A DNA stretch of 64,000 bases from Desulfobacterales bacterium (GCA_963674755.2 CAXXVS010000002.1:1760001-1824000), one strand, 5' to 3'. Shown: positions 20,575 to 30,248, counted from the first letter of the stretch. Numbers and translations: made by a program. The notes: generated from the letters alone by a model not told the origin.

Positions 20575-21051
20575 ATGAGCAAAGGAGACCGCAGGGAAAG
20601 ACTCGAAAGGATCCTGAAAGAGGCCGAACCCGCTTTAGATCAACCAAGCGGGAATGGTAAGACCGTCGGTATCGGCGATATCGCCGGCCAGGCCAACCAG
20701 ATCGTGGTCGGCAACGATAACATCGTCATCACCAATACCCGCCACCGTACAAAAGCACACCCCTTACGCAGGGCCACCCGCCTGCTATGGATGGGAGTGG
20801 TAGTCCTGTGCGTGCCCCTCATCTCTTGCGTTGAGGCCACCCGCCCGCCTGATCCCAAGATCATCGGCTCCATAACGACAATTACCGCGCAAAACGAACC
20901 CGATCTCCAAACCGCCGATCTGGCCGACACCACCGCGCCGCTTACCGTGATCCACGCTCAGCCGGGTTTCCACTGCTACGCCGGCTGTAGCTTCCTAAAA
21001 CCGACCAGAACAATCGATCCGCTTGCTGGTCAAAGATCCCAGGATATCTGA
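20575..21051 (+). CDS. Hypothetical single-TM phage protein
   Basis: GDIAGQANQIVVGNDN repeat-like segment and one TM helix; follows the repressor. Confidence 0.6.
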   Translation: MSKGDRRERLERILKEAEPALDQPSGNGKTVGIGDIAGQANQIVVGNDNIVITNTRHRTKAHPLRRATRLLWMGVVVLCVPLISCVEATRPPDPKIIGSITTITAQNEPDLQTADLADTTAPLTVIHAQPGFHCYAGCSFLKPTRTIDPLAGQRSQDI

Positions 21052-21256
21052 CTGACACTTAATACAGGATTACATAAGAAGATTATAAGTGGACTCTACT
21101 TTACATAAAAGATTGTTAGATTGCAGAATTCTTTAGGCTCGGCTGTTTTAATAACGGAAATAAACGAAGAAGAAATCCTGGGACAAAAATTAGTCGCTCT
21201 TTTTGACAAGATAAGATAATATGCCCCATACAAGAGTACTGTAAAATGGGGAAATT

Positions 21257-22513
21257 ATGGCCTTAACATTTCTGGATCTGTTTGCCGGTGCAGGTGGATT
21301 GTCTGAGGGGTTCATTCAGGCGGGTTTTGTACCGGTCGCACATGTGGAGTCTGACCCGGCAGCATGTTTTACCCTGCGCACTAGGATGTCATACCACTGG
21401 CTAAAAACCATTGATCGCCAAGATCAGTACGCCGATTATCTCAATGGGGAAATAAATCGCTCAGAGTTTTATGAGCAGGTTCCCGATCAGATCCCTGGCT
21501 CGGTTATTAATGAAGAAATCAGTGAGGCAACATTACATAAAATTTTCCGTGAAATTGATGAGTTGCTGAATAACAGAAAGCTGGACCTTATTGTCGGGGG
21601 GCCTCCTTGCCAAGCATATTCCATCGTTGGCCGTGCTCGCGACCAAAACCGCATGAAAGGTGATAAAAGAAATTATCTATATATTTATTATGCTGAGTTT
21701 CTGAAACGTTACAGACCATCTTACTTTATTTTTGAAAATGTTTCCGGTCTTATTTCCGCTAAAGATAAAGATGGGAAACTCTATTTCGAATCCATGAGGG
21801 ATCTGTTTTTTAGTTGTGGATATGAAACAGAGTTCAAAATGCTTTCAGCAAAAGATTATGGCGTTTTACAAAACCGAACAAGGATCATTCTCGTAGGCAG
21901 AAGGGGAAAAACAGACGGTTTCTACCCGGATCCCGACAAATGGATTCCAGGTGTGAATGTCGGGGAAATTTTCAATGACCTTCCTGCTATTGATGCAGGC
22001 GGAGGCAGGCCTGGGCCTTGCCGTGTCAAGCCATATAGTGGAAAATGGCAGTATGAAGCACGCGTCAGAAATGACGATTTGCCTGTTTCCTGGCATCAGG
22101 CAAGACCTAATAATGATCGGGACCTTGAGATTTACAGGCTCGCAGTTGTCCTTTGGGACAGGGGAAAGTTAAGGCTGGAATACGACGCCCTCCCTGGCTG
22201 TCTGAAAACTCACCGGAACCGGGAATCGTTTGCTGACAGGTACAAAGTTGTTGCAGCGAACCTGCCGTTTTCACAAACCGTAGTAGCGCATATCGCTAAG
22301 GACGGACACTACTACATTCATCCCGATATCAATCAGAACCGCTCTATAACACCCAGGGAGGCCGCACGGCTTCAGGCCTTTCCGGATGATTACTATTTCG
22401 AGAGCTGCAAACCCGTACCCGGACGTACTCCGGCCTTCCGCCAGATCGGAAATGCAGTTCCTGTTCTCTTATCCCGAAAAATTGCTGAAAAGCTGAAAGA
22501 GGTCTGGTTTTGA
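21257..22513 (+). CDS. dcm: C5 DNA cytosine methyltransferase
   Basis: Motifs I DLFAGAGG, IV GGPPCQ, VI ENV, VIII QNRTR, IX REAARLQ, X IGNAV. Confidence 0.95.
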   Translation: MALTFLDLFAGAGGLSEGFIQAGFVPVAHVESDPAACFTLRTRMSYHWLKTIDRQDQYADYLNGEINRSEFYEQVPDQIPGSVINEEISEATLHKIFREIDELLNNRKLDLIVGGPPCQAYSIVGRARDQNRMKGDKRNYLYIYYAEFLKRYRPSYFIFENVSGLISAKDKDGKLYFESMRDLFFSCGYETEFKMLSAKDYGVLQNRTRIILVGRRGKTDGFYPDPDKWIPGVNVGEIFNDLPAIDAGGGRPGPCRVKPYSGKWQYEARVRNDDLPVSWHQARPNNDRDLEIYRLAVVLWDRGKLRLEYDALPGCLKTHRNRESFADRYKVVAANLPFSQTVVAHIAKDGHYYIHPDINQNRSITPREAARLQAFPDDYYFESCKPVPGRTPAFRQIGNAVPVLLSRKIAEKLKEVWF

Positions 22514-24678
22514 ACGAAAGCGGCACATATAAAATCCGGCCGGCCGGCCGGCACATTCTCACTATCGGCAGAGATCTGATTCAGGATGGCTACGCTGCGG
22601 TCGTGGAATTGGTAAAAAATGCCTATGATGCCGATTCCGCTGATGTTCTTATCGAGTTCAGTGCAAAACCTGACAGCAGCTATTCAATTGTTGTTTCAGA
22701 TCACGGCCATGGCATGTCACGGGATACTGTAATCAACAAGTGGATGGTACCCTCTACCAGAGATAAACTTGAACGGCGCCAAAGCCCCTCAGAAAGGATA
22801 ATGCAGGGCCGCAAAGGAATTGGACGTTACGCGGCATCCATTCTTGGCAATGATCTGCTCCTCGAAACAGTAACCGCAGAGGGCCAGAAAACAACGGTCT
22901 ATGTCGAGTGGGAGAATTTCGAAGATGCTCAGTTCCTCGATGATGTGGATATTCTCATCGAATCAGCAGAGGTATCGGAACCGAAGGGTACCCGGCTGAC
23001 CATGAGTGGCGGGGCTGATCTTCTTGCAGAATGGGATAATAATCAATTCGACAAACTTCGGTTTGAATTGAAAAAGCTGAAATCACCTGTGAATGAGGCA
23101 TTAAGCAGTGAGGAAGAAAAAGACGGTGATCCCTTCTGTATCAAACTAACGATTAGCGGATTCCCTGATGTAGAAAATGTTGACGAGACCATCGAACCCT
23201 ATCCGATTTTTGCTCTTTTTGATTATCGTATTTCTGGAAAAATAAGCCACCTTGGATTAGGTAAACTCACATTCACAAATCAAAAAACCCGAAATACAAT
23301 TGATGAGGAAATCAATTTCGATGTGGGAAAGCCCACTGGTTGTGGAAATCTGCTGTTTGATATTCGTGTTTATGACCGCGAAAAAGAAGCCATTGAATCT
23401 TTGATCGGGCGTGGTCTTAAGGATGAGTACGGTAAATATGTCGGGAAGCTTCAGGCAAGGCAGCTTCTTAACGAATTTAACGGCATTGGCGTTTACAGGA
23501 ACGGATTCCGGATCCGGCCTCTGGGCGATGCAGACTTCGACTGGCTTAAACTAAACGAGCAGCGGGTACAAAACCCGTCTCTTCGCATAGGCAGTAATCA
23601 GGTAATTGGGTATGTGCAGATACAGTCAGAGGAACAATCCGGGCTGATTGAAAAAAGTGCTCGGGACGGTCTGAAGGAAAACAAAGCTTTCAGCCGACTA
23701 AAGGATATAACCAAATCGGTCATCGCAAGACTCGAGGATCGGCGCTTCGCCTATAGAAAAAAAGCGCGCCTGAGCAGACCTGCTATTAAAGTGGAACGTG
23801 AGTTTGAGCGGTTGTTTTCGTTTGATTACCTGAAAAGGAATATCCGGTCAAATCTTAAAAAAAGCGGTGTTGATAAAAAGACCACCGAAAAAATTATCGA
23901 GATCCTTAACAAGGATGAGGACGAGAAGAACAAAATTGCGGATGAAATTCGTCAGACTGTCGCGATTTATCAAGGCCAGGCGACTCTGGGGAAAATCATT
24001 AATGTGATTTTACATGAAGGCAGACGCCCACTTAACTATTTCAGAAACCAGATACCGAATCTTCACCATTGGTACGAAACTTTCATGAAAACCAAGGATC
24101 CGGAAAAACTCGATAAATTATTACCGATAGCTGATGGCTTGGGCCACAATGCGGATATTTTTGTGAAGTTGTTCAGCAGACTCGATCCCCTCGCAGCCGG
24201 AAAACGGACTGCGCGAAAGCTCCTGAAGCTGAAAAAAAATATTAATGATTCATTGGCTGTTTTTGAAGGTGAAATGAAGGCACGTAAGGTGAAAGCCAAA
24301 GTTACCGGCCCCGACGGTTTTACATTTTTATTTTGGCCCCAGGATATCTATGCAATCTTCACTAATCTCATTGACAACAGTCTATACTGGATGAACGAGA
24401 TAAATAAATCAAAGCATTTGATAACAATAGAAATTGTGACAGACGGGGATACCCTCTCCCATGTTGACTATCGGGACACCGGCCCTGGTATTGAGCCGGC
24501 TTTGATTGAAAGCGAGGTAATATTTGATCCGCAGTTTTCTACGAAACCATCCGGAACCGGACTGGGGCTGGCAATTGCCGGGGAAGCTGCATCAAGAAAT
24601 GGTCTGGAGCTGAAAGCTTTTGAGTCCGAAAAGGGAGCATGGTTCAGGCTGCAACCAATAACAGGGAATGGCGAATGA
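22510..24678 (+). CDS. MORC/GHKL ATPase-S5 fused to a histidine kinase
   Basis: N-terminal ELVKNAYDA, DHGHGM, GRKGIGR, GTRL; S5-like VYRNGFRI, SARDG; C-terminal HEGRRPL, NLIDNS, DTGPGI, FSTK, GTGLGL. Confidence 0.9.
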   Translation: MNESGTYKIRPAGRHILTIGRDLIQDGYAAVVELVKNAYDADSADVLIEFSAKPDSSYSIVVSDHGHGMSRDTVINKWMVPSTRDKLERRQSPSERIMQGRKGIGRYAASILGNDLLLETVTAEGQKTTVYVEWENFEDAQFLDDVDILIESAEVSEPKGTRLTMSGGADLLAEWDNNQFDKLRFELKKLKSPVNEALSSEEEKDGDPFCIKLTISGFPDVENVDETIEPYPIFALFDYRISGKISHLGLGKLTFTNQKTRNTIDEEINFDVGKPTGCGNLLFDIRVYDREKEAIESLIGRGLKDEYGKYVGKLQARQLLNEFNGIGVYRNGFRIRPLGDADFDWLKLNEQRVQNPSLRIGSNQVIGYVQIQSEEQSGLIEKSARDGLKENKAFSRLKDITKSVIARLEDRRFAYRKKARLSRPAIKVEREFERLFSFDYLKRNIRSNLKKSGVDKKTTEKIIEILNKDEDEKNKIADEIRQTVAIYQGQATLGKIINVILHEGRRPLNYFRNQIPNLHHWYETFMKTKDPEKLDKLLPIADGLGHNADIFVKLFSRLDPLAAGKRTARKLLKLKKNINDSLAVFEGEMKARKVKAKVTGPDGFTFLFWPQDIYAIFTNLIDNSLYWMNEINKSKHLITIEIVTDGDTLSHVDYRDTGPGIEPALIESEVIFDPQFSTKPSGTGLGLAIAGEAASRNGLELKAFESEKGAWFRLQPITGNGE

Positions 24679-25751
24679 GTGCTCTGCGGCTGATGATTGT
24701 GGATGATAAAGAGGAAGAGCTGGCGACCTGCCGGGATACCGTTGAGAGGTACAAGGATGAAAGACAGCGTGATGTCCATATGGTTGAATGCAGAAGCGTT
24801 GAAGAGGCCTTCGCACAACTCGATAACTCATTCGATGGTGCAATCATCGATCTGAAACTATCGGATCAGGGAGACGAGGGCAATCAGGTGGTCCGAAAGA
24901 TTGAGGACTTGTGCTTCAGAATCCCGGTTGCGATTCTTACCGGAACACCTGACGCGGCCGATAGGGATTTCACTTATATAGGCGTGTATAAAAAGGGTGA
25001 GCCCGGAACGGGATATGCTGATTTACTGGATAATTTCTGGGACATCTATAATACCGGACTTACCCGCATCATGGGTGGGCGAGGTATCATTGAAAATGCT
25101 TTGAACAGGGTATTTAAACAAAATGTAATCCCACGTAAAGATAAATGGGTTGAATATGGAAGGATCGATCCCCATAGAACTGAAAAGGCACTTATTCGCC
25201 ATACCCTTGGCCACCTGTTACAGCTTATAGATGAAGACGAAGGCCGCTGTTTTCCCGAAGAAGTCTATCTGGCGCCACCGATTACAAATACGGTTAGGAC
25301 CGGTAGTATTGTGAAAAATGAATCTGGCAGGCAGGTTGTTATTCTGAATCCTGCCTGCGATCTTGTTATAAGAGAAAATGGGACATTTAAAACAGATCAT
25401 ATTATGATTGTAATGATTGAAAATGAAGCGGATATCCTTTCTAAAATATTGGAAGGAATAACAAATAAAGGCAAGAAAGAAAAAATGCTAAAGAAAGTTT
25501 ACGGTAATAATTATACCGATTATTACCATTGGTTGCCACAAACGGAATTTTTCGACGGAGGTTTCCTGAATTTCAGGAAAATTTGGACTTTTACCGAGGA
25601 ACGGTACAAAGAAGCCTTCTCGGAACCGAAGATACAGATTTCTCCAGCTTTTATAAAAGATGTTGTTGCAAGATTTTCATCATATTACGCACGTCAGGGA
25701 CAGCCTGATATTGACTGTAGCGCCTTTATTACAAATATGACAACTGGTTGA
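24675..25751 (+). CDS. Receiver-domain protein with uncharacterised (MazF/PemK-like?) C-terminal domain
   Basis: IVDD, IIDLKL, ILTG, YKK receiver residues; C-terminal RTGSIV..RQVVILNPACDL..RFSSYYARQG; ATGA coupling to the kinase gene. Confidence 0.85.
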   Translation: MSALRLMIVDDKEEELATCRDTVERYKDERQRDVHMVECRSVEEAFAQLDNSFDGAIIDLKLSDQGDEGNQVVRKIEDLCFRIPVAILTGTPDAADRDFTYIGVYKKGEPGTGYADLLDNFWDIYNTGLTRIMGGRGIIENALNRVFKQNVIPRKDKWVEYGRIDPHRTEKALIRHTLGHLLQLIDEDEGRCFPEEVYLAPPITNTVRTGSIVKNESGRQVVILNPACDLVIRENGTFKTDHIMIVMIENEADILSKILEGITNKGKKEKMLKKVYGNNYTDYYHWLPQTEFFDGGFLNFRKIWTFTEERYKEAFSEPKIQISPAFIKDVVARFSSYYARQGQPDIDCSAFITNMTTG

Positions 25752-25766
25752 ATAGATTTTTCGTCA

Positions 25767-26204
25767 ATGGATGTTCACACACCTGAGCAGCGAAGCTTTA
25801 ACATGTCCCGAATCAAAGGGAAGGACACCCGCCCTGAGATTATCATACGCAAATGGCTCTGGACGAAAGGATACAGGTACAGACTCCACAGAATAGATCT
25901 GCCCGGGAAACCGGATATAGTTTTGCCCAAATACCATGCAGTAATTTTTGTTAACGGCTGTTTCTGGCATGGACATGATTGTCGTTATTTTAAATGGCCA
26001 AAGACGAATAAAGGATTTTGGGAAAACAAGATCAATAATACTATCAGTCGAGACCAGAAAAACTATGCCTGCTTAGTCGAGAGAGGATGGAAGTATTTCA
26101 TTGTTTGGGAGTGCCAAATTAAAGCATGGGACTCAAAGGTGTTCACGAATCTGATGCGGTTTCTTGAAAATGAAAAAGGGGGACCGAAAGGATATGTATC
26201 TTAA
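25767..26204 (+). CDS. vsr: Very short patch repair endonuclease
   Basis: MDVHTPEQRSFNMSRIKGKDTRPE, LPGKPD, GCFWHGH, VWEC. Confidence 0.95.
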   Translation: MDVHTPEQRSFNMSRIKGKDTRPEIIIRKWLWTKGYRYRLHRIDLPGKPDIVLPKYHAVIFVNGCFWHGHDCRYFKWPKTNKGFWENKINNTISRDQKNYACLVERGWKYFIVWECQIKAWDSKVFTNLMRFLENEKGGPKGYVS

Positions 26205-26243
26205 ATGGCATTCTTTGGCGAATAATCCTGATGCGTATAGCAA

Positions 26244-26450
26244 ATGAAAAGAATAACAAAACTGCTGACAGATCCTGACTCTGACGAATATCCATTCCCT
26301 CACAACATAAGCGAACAGCTCAGATCACCCGATAAAGACCTCGAAGGCATCGTCAGAAATGCCAAGTATTTAGTTATCCAAAAAGGCGACGCCGCCTAGA
26401 TCACCTGTTATCTCGTAACCGACACCGCCGAAATCATCCAGTTTCCCCCC
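26244..26450 (+). pseudogene. Small beta-rich gene with premature TAG (repeat unit, copy A)
   Basis: MKRITK...YPFPHNISEQLRSPDKDLEGIVRNAKYLVIQKGDAA*ITCYLVTDTAEIIQFP; paralogous copy B has TGG at this codon. Confidence 0.6.
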
Positions 26451-26512
26451 AGCTGTCAAGTCGCTCCCGTGCTGCCAAGAATTGTTAATGTTTCAAATGA
26501 AGGAGAACTAAA

Positions 26513-26839
26513 ATGCCCAAATTTAACGATGGCAAACCGTATCATGGGTCTGAGAAGATTGCTCGTGGCCAGCTAAAGGGCGCCACCGATAGCTCTGACT
26601 ATTTTTATTTCTTTTGTCCGAACTGCCCTGATAACGAGATCATGAGAATTTTAGAATATGGAGAACATGCAAAAGAGTCGACAAATGAGTATAATGCCCT
26701 TTGTAAAAGCAAGGCCAAATACGGATTCACCTTAGTTTTCAAAATCCATTGTGAAAAATGCGGTTTCTCCGACTTTGTTAAAATAGCAAACACAGGCTGG
26801 CAAGGTGGTAAACATTCTGAAACAATGAAGAGGGCATAA
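26513..26839 (+). CDS. Zn-ribbon hypothetical protein
   Basis: CPNC...CEKC; AAGGAG RBS. Confidence 0.8.
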   Translation: MPKFNDGKPYHGSEKIARGQLKGATDSSDYFYFFCPNCPDNEIMRILEYGEHAKESTNEYNALCKSKAKYGFTLVFKIHCEKCGFSDFVKIANTGWQGGKHSETMKRA

Positions 26840-26851
26840 GCCTTGAACCGC

Positions 26852-26876
26852 AAAGGAGACGCCGCCTGGATCACCT
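26852..26876 (+). repeat. Repeat-unit fragment B
   Basis: aaaggagacgccgcctggatcacct vs aaaggcgacgccgcctagatcacct at 26382-26406. Confidence 0.8.
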
Positions 26877-26911
26877 AATAGTTCGAATAGGGAAAGGTCA
26901 AATTTAGCATC

Positions 26912-27115
26912 GTGAAAATCAAAGTTGCCCAGGCAAGCGATAGAATCGTTATCCAACTGAAAAACGGCCGCGAATTCGAAATCGCCTTTAATGCGGCAGA
27001 TGAACCCGGCGAGCCCAGCCTATGCCGGATATCCAGGGATGGCCGCGAAATCACGAGACATGAATCAAAGCAGGCAGGAAAACTGGAGTTCTGGGAGACC
27101 ACGCTTCCAGATTAA
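26912..27115 (+). CDS. Small hypothetical protein (67 aa)
   Basis: GTG start, beta-rich sequence; lies between repeat fragments B and C. Confidence 0.55.
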   Translation: MKIKVAQASDRIVIQLKNGREFEIAFNAADEPGEPSLCRISRDGREITRHESKQAGKLEFWETTLPD

Positions 27116-27120
27116 AAACG

Positions 27121-27205
27121 GGATTGACCTATTACGCAGAAACTGACACCGCCGAAATCATCCTGCTCCCCACATACGAATTGAAAAAGTCGTCCAAGCC
27201 TTCCA
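27121..27205 (+). repeat. Repeat-unit fragment C
   Basis: gacaccgccgaaatcatcc shared with copy A; encodes YYAETDTAEIILLPTYELKKS. Confidence 0.75.
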
Positions 27206-27263
27206 ATTGGATCTTTTTTAAAATAAACCAGCGCATTAAGACAATAATGAGCAGGAGTTAAAA

Positions 27264-28103
27264 ATGGATAAAGAATCAACAAATTCCCTACCAACATTAG
27301 CTGATGATATTTGGAATGATACCGGTCTAGATATCGAGGCGCTGTTAAATTTAATTCCTTTTGCTGGTGGCTTCATGGCTACTTATTTTGGAGAAATCCG
27401 GTCTAATAGAATGCTTGAAAGAATGAAAGAATACTTTAAATACTTTTCCCATCGAATTGACCTTATTGATGAATCGAAGCTTGATAAAGAATATTTGAAT
27501 AGTGAGGAATTTTCAGAATTGTTTTTACAAGGTGCTGAGCAAGCTTCTCGAAGTACCACCAAAAGACGAATTTATCGTTTTGCAAATATTTTGTTAAACA
27601 ACGCTCTGAGAGATGCTACAGCAAGAGATAGAACGCAAAGCGTGATGGGGTTTGTAGATAGGGTAAGTGACATTGACGTTTTTGTGCTGCTTTCTTTTGG
27701 CCACCCAAGATTTCAGTCCCACTTCGCCAAAGATAAAGATGAATGCATTGAACAAGTCGAAAGCTTTGCAAAATACCTGCATATCTCACCACCCATAGAA
27801 AATGATATACTTGAGTCGATTATCTATATGGATAACCTTGGGATTATGTGGGTGACGCAACATGAGGTAAAAGAAGGAGAGGAAGACTCTGTATTTAGTA
27901 CAAATTTTTCCGCTTTTCGATCTCCTCTTGGGAATGTTTTTGCCGCTGTTATAGCGCCACCAGATTTTTATTTAGAGTTAGCAATCGATCATGATGGCTT
28001 GAAATGGCCGGATGATTTTGTGTGCAAAGATATGCTTGATGGACAAGATATTTTTGAAAGAGAACCTAAAGCCACCGACGAAAAACATCGAAGACATCGT
28101 TAG
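27264..28103 (+). CDS. Hypothetical protein, Abi-alpha/DUF4393-like N-terminus
   Basis: IPFAGG...LNSEEFSELF..AEQASRS....RFANILLN pattern; AGGAG RBS. Confidence 0.7.
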   Translation: MDKESTNSLPTLADDIWNDTGLDIEALLNLIPFAGGFMATYFGEIRSNRMLERMKEYFKYFSHRIDLIDESKLDKEYLNSEEFSELFLQGAEQASRSTTKRRIYRFANILLNNALRDATARDRTQSVMGFVDRVSDIDVFVLLSFGHPRFQSHFAKDKDECIEQVESFAKYLHISPPIENDILESIIYMDNLGIMWVTQHEVKEGEEDSVFSTNFSAFRSPLGNVFAAVIAPPDFYLELAIDHDGLKWPDDFVCKDMLDGQDIFEREPKATDEKHRRHR

Positions 28104-28203
28104 AAATGCTAAGTACTCAGGCACCAATTACCTCGAAACCAACTCCGGCGAGAGCCTCCAGTTCCCCGAACACGAATTAGAAAAGTCGGCCAACCCATCC
28201 AGC
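28062..28203 (+). repeat. Repeat-unit fragment D
   Basis: atcgaagacatcgttagaaatgctaagta vs ctcgaaggcatcgtcagaaatgccaagta; encodes KNIEDIVRNAKY..NYLETNSGESLQFPEHELEKS. Confidence 0.75.
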
Positions 28204-28598
28204 AGCCGCTTTTCAAATAGATTCCGCTGCCCCCTAAAAACCCCAAAAATACCGCAAAAATCAGGATTATTTATAATTCAGGGGTATTATCTGACCACTT
28301 GCAATCATTGAATTTAACCTTATCCTAAATTTTACGATCCACACAAGCCGGTTCCCTCCACATTAGCCGCAATGGCGTTTCATGTAATGTCGCAAAAAAA
28401 ATTAGAAGGCGAACTAAATCTTTATTTGTGAAATGTCGGGAGGGCCACCCCTTAATTTCTTAATATCTAAAGAATTGTCCTCTCTCCTTAGTTAGGGACC
28501 ACCCCGATCCTAGCTCATTTGTTAGGCAAATAAATTATCCTCACCGCCCTCGAAAATGCATCTTTGAACCATCTTAACCTGAGCCAAAGGAGCACCTC

Positions 28599-29219
28599 AT
28601 GATCAGACTAACTTCAACACCACCAATCGCAGATATTGTCACTCCGTTAGACAAACAAAAACCTCCAATTGAAGTGATCTTATCGCTACTCGCAGATCGC
28701 TTTCCGGAAGCGCCTCAGCCAGAATATAATTGGTCTCACGGGTATTATGTTAGGTGTAACACATATTCAGACGACGGCAACCTTATTGCAGTTTATTTCC
28801 CTGCATCAATTGTTTACGTTTTGGACGTTGGTTATGAAAACCTCGTTGTATTTAGTGATCCAATACAGCCGAATATTACAGCGGATCCAACCTTTCCACA
28901 TTGGGAAAAAGGCCAATTCTATTGTGCGAGAAGGGAAGATGCAGTAGAAATACTGTACCCATTCCTTCCACGCGACCTCTTCATTGGTACCGAGAAAAAG
29001 ATGACGAAAGACGAAATTTCGGCGAAGCTATCACCGCTTAATGTCACCATAGAAAGTGCGATTTCCGACAACAGCTTTCTTGCAAAATCGCCGGCGTATC
29101 AGGAAGACTCCTTTGCATCGAGAATTCGCGCAATGTCAGACATTAAGTACGTTGAAAGGAATAGCACAGTGCGAATAATTGACCTCACTCCAGGGTGGCT
29201 GATTGATCGGATATTCTGA
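28599..29219 (+). CDS. Hypothetical protein, C-terminus resembling a subtilase propeptide
   Basis: AAGGAG RBS; C-terminal ...IRAMSDIKYVERN. Confidence 0.7.
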   Translation: MIRLTSTPPIADIVTPLDKQKPPIEVILSLLADRFPEAPQPEYNWSHGYYVRCNTYSDDGNLIAVYFPASIVYVLDVGYENLVVFSDPIQPNITADPTFPHWEKGQFYCARREDAVEILYPFLPRDLFIGTEKKMTKDEISAKLSPLNVTIESAISDNSFLAKSPAYQEDSFASRIRAMSDIKYVERNSTVRIIDLTPGWLIDRIF

Positions 29220-29553
29220 TTATCAATGATTGAAACTGAGATGGGGAGACAGTACTCAAGCTACCTAATGAGCATCTTACGTACTGGTCAAAAAGAATCT
29301 GGCATAAAGCCGTAATCAATACTGTATAAGAGAATTAGGAGGTTAATATGCCTAAAGTAACCTTACACGCAACCAACTTACTGAATCCTAATCACATGGA
29401 ATGGATTATTGATGGTCGTCTGTTGGTTTCTGAATATAGTGCAGGTCGGGTGAAAGATATTACGTAAGCGTTCAGCGAACCCCATCTTCTCAAGCCCGTA
29501 AAGCTATGCCATGATCGCCCGCGTCTGATAACCATTTACAGACGGAGGCGATC

Positions 29554-29898
29554 ATGAACAAGGCATCACGGCAAGCCGCCCTTCGAGAAAAGCGCCGGTT
29601 TTGGAAAGCGCACATCGAGGACTGGAAGGCCAGTGGCCTGAAACAGTCCCGGTATTGCCGGCAGCACGATTTGAAGCTGCACCAGTTCGTATACTGGCGG
29701 AAAAAATACGACCCTGCCAGCAAGACAGCGCCAATATCACTTGTGCGGGTGGACTTGCCCGCCCAGACTTTCCATCGCCCGCTCCCATCGCCTGCAAGGC
29801 TGCGTTTGATCGTCGGTGGCGATCGACGCATCGAGGTGGAGCGGGACTTCGATCCGGTGGCCCTCAAGCAGCTGATCCAGACCCTGGAGCGGCTGTGA
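29554..29898 (+). CDS. tnpA: IS66 accessory protein TnpA
   Basis: W..HIEDWKASGL....YCRQH.L....F.YWRKK. Confidence 0.9.
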   Translation: MNKASRQAALREKRRFWKAHIEDWKASGLKQSRYCRQHDLKLHQFVYWRKKYDPASKTAPISLVRVDLPAQTFHRPLPSPARLRLIVGGDRRIEVERDFDPVALKQLIQTLERL

Positions 29899-30248
29899 TG
29901 TTTTTGCCCTCTGGAACCCGGATCTATCTGGCGGTGGGCAGCACCGACATGCGAAAGGCGATCAACGGGCTTTCGATTCTGGTGCAAGACGAACTGGCGC
30001 TGGATCCGCTCTCGGGTCACCTGTTTGCCTTTTGCAACCGCAAGCGCAACATGGTCAAGATTCTGTACTGGGACCGCAACGGGTTTTGCCTGTGGCACAA
30101 GCGCTTGGAGAAGCATCATTTCACCTGGCCCGAGAGTCGGGATCAGGTGCTCCAGCTGGATACCCGGCAGCTCAATTGGCTTCTGGAGGGGCTGGATATC
30201 GGGCGTTTGAGCGGCCATGAAAATCTTCTCTATGAAACGATGATTTAG
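29898..30248 (+). CDS. tnpB: IS66 accessory protein TnpB
   Basis: TDMRKAINGL, KILYWDRNGFCLWHKRLE. Confidence 0.93.
   Translation: MFLPSGTRIYLAVGSTDMRKAINGLSILVQDELALDPLSGHLFAFCNRKRNMVKILYWDRNGFCLWHKRLEKHHFTWPESRDQVLQLDTRQLNWLLEGLDIGRLSGHENLLYETMI

Noticed and set aside
21257..26204. Classical type II R-M system
   Set aside because: No PD-(D/E)xK, HNH or GIY-YIG restriction endonuclease is recognisable apart from Vsr
26244..28203. CRISPR array or canonical integron explanation for the repeats
   Set aside because: The repeats are irregular, degenerate and protein-coding-like; spacers are gene-sized; no cas or intI gene is present
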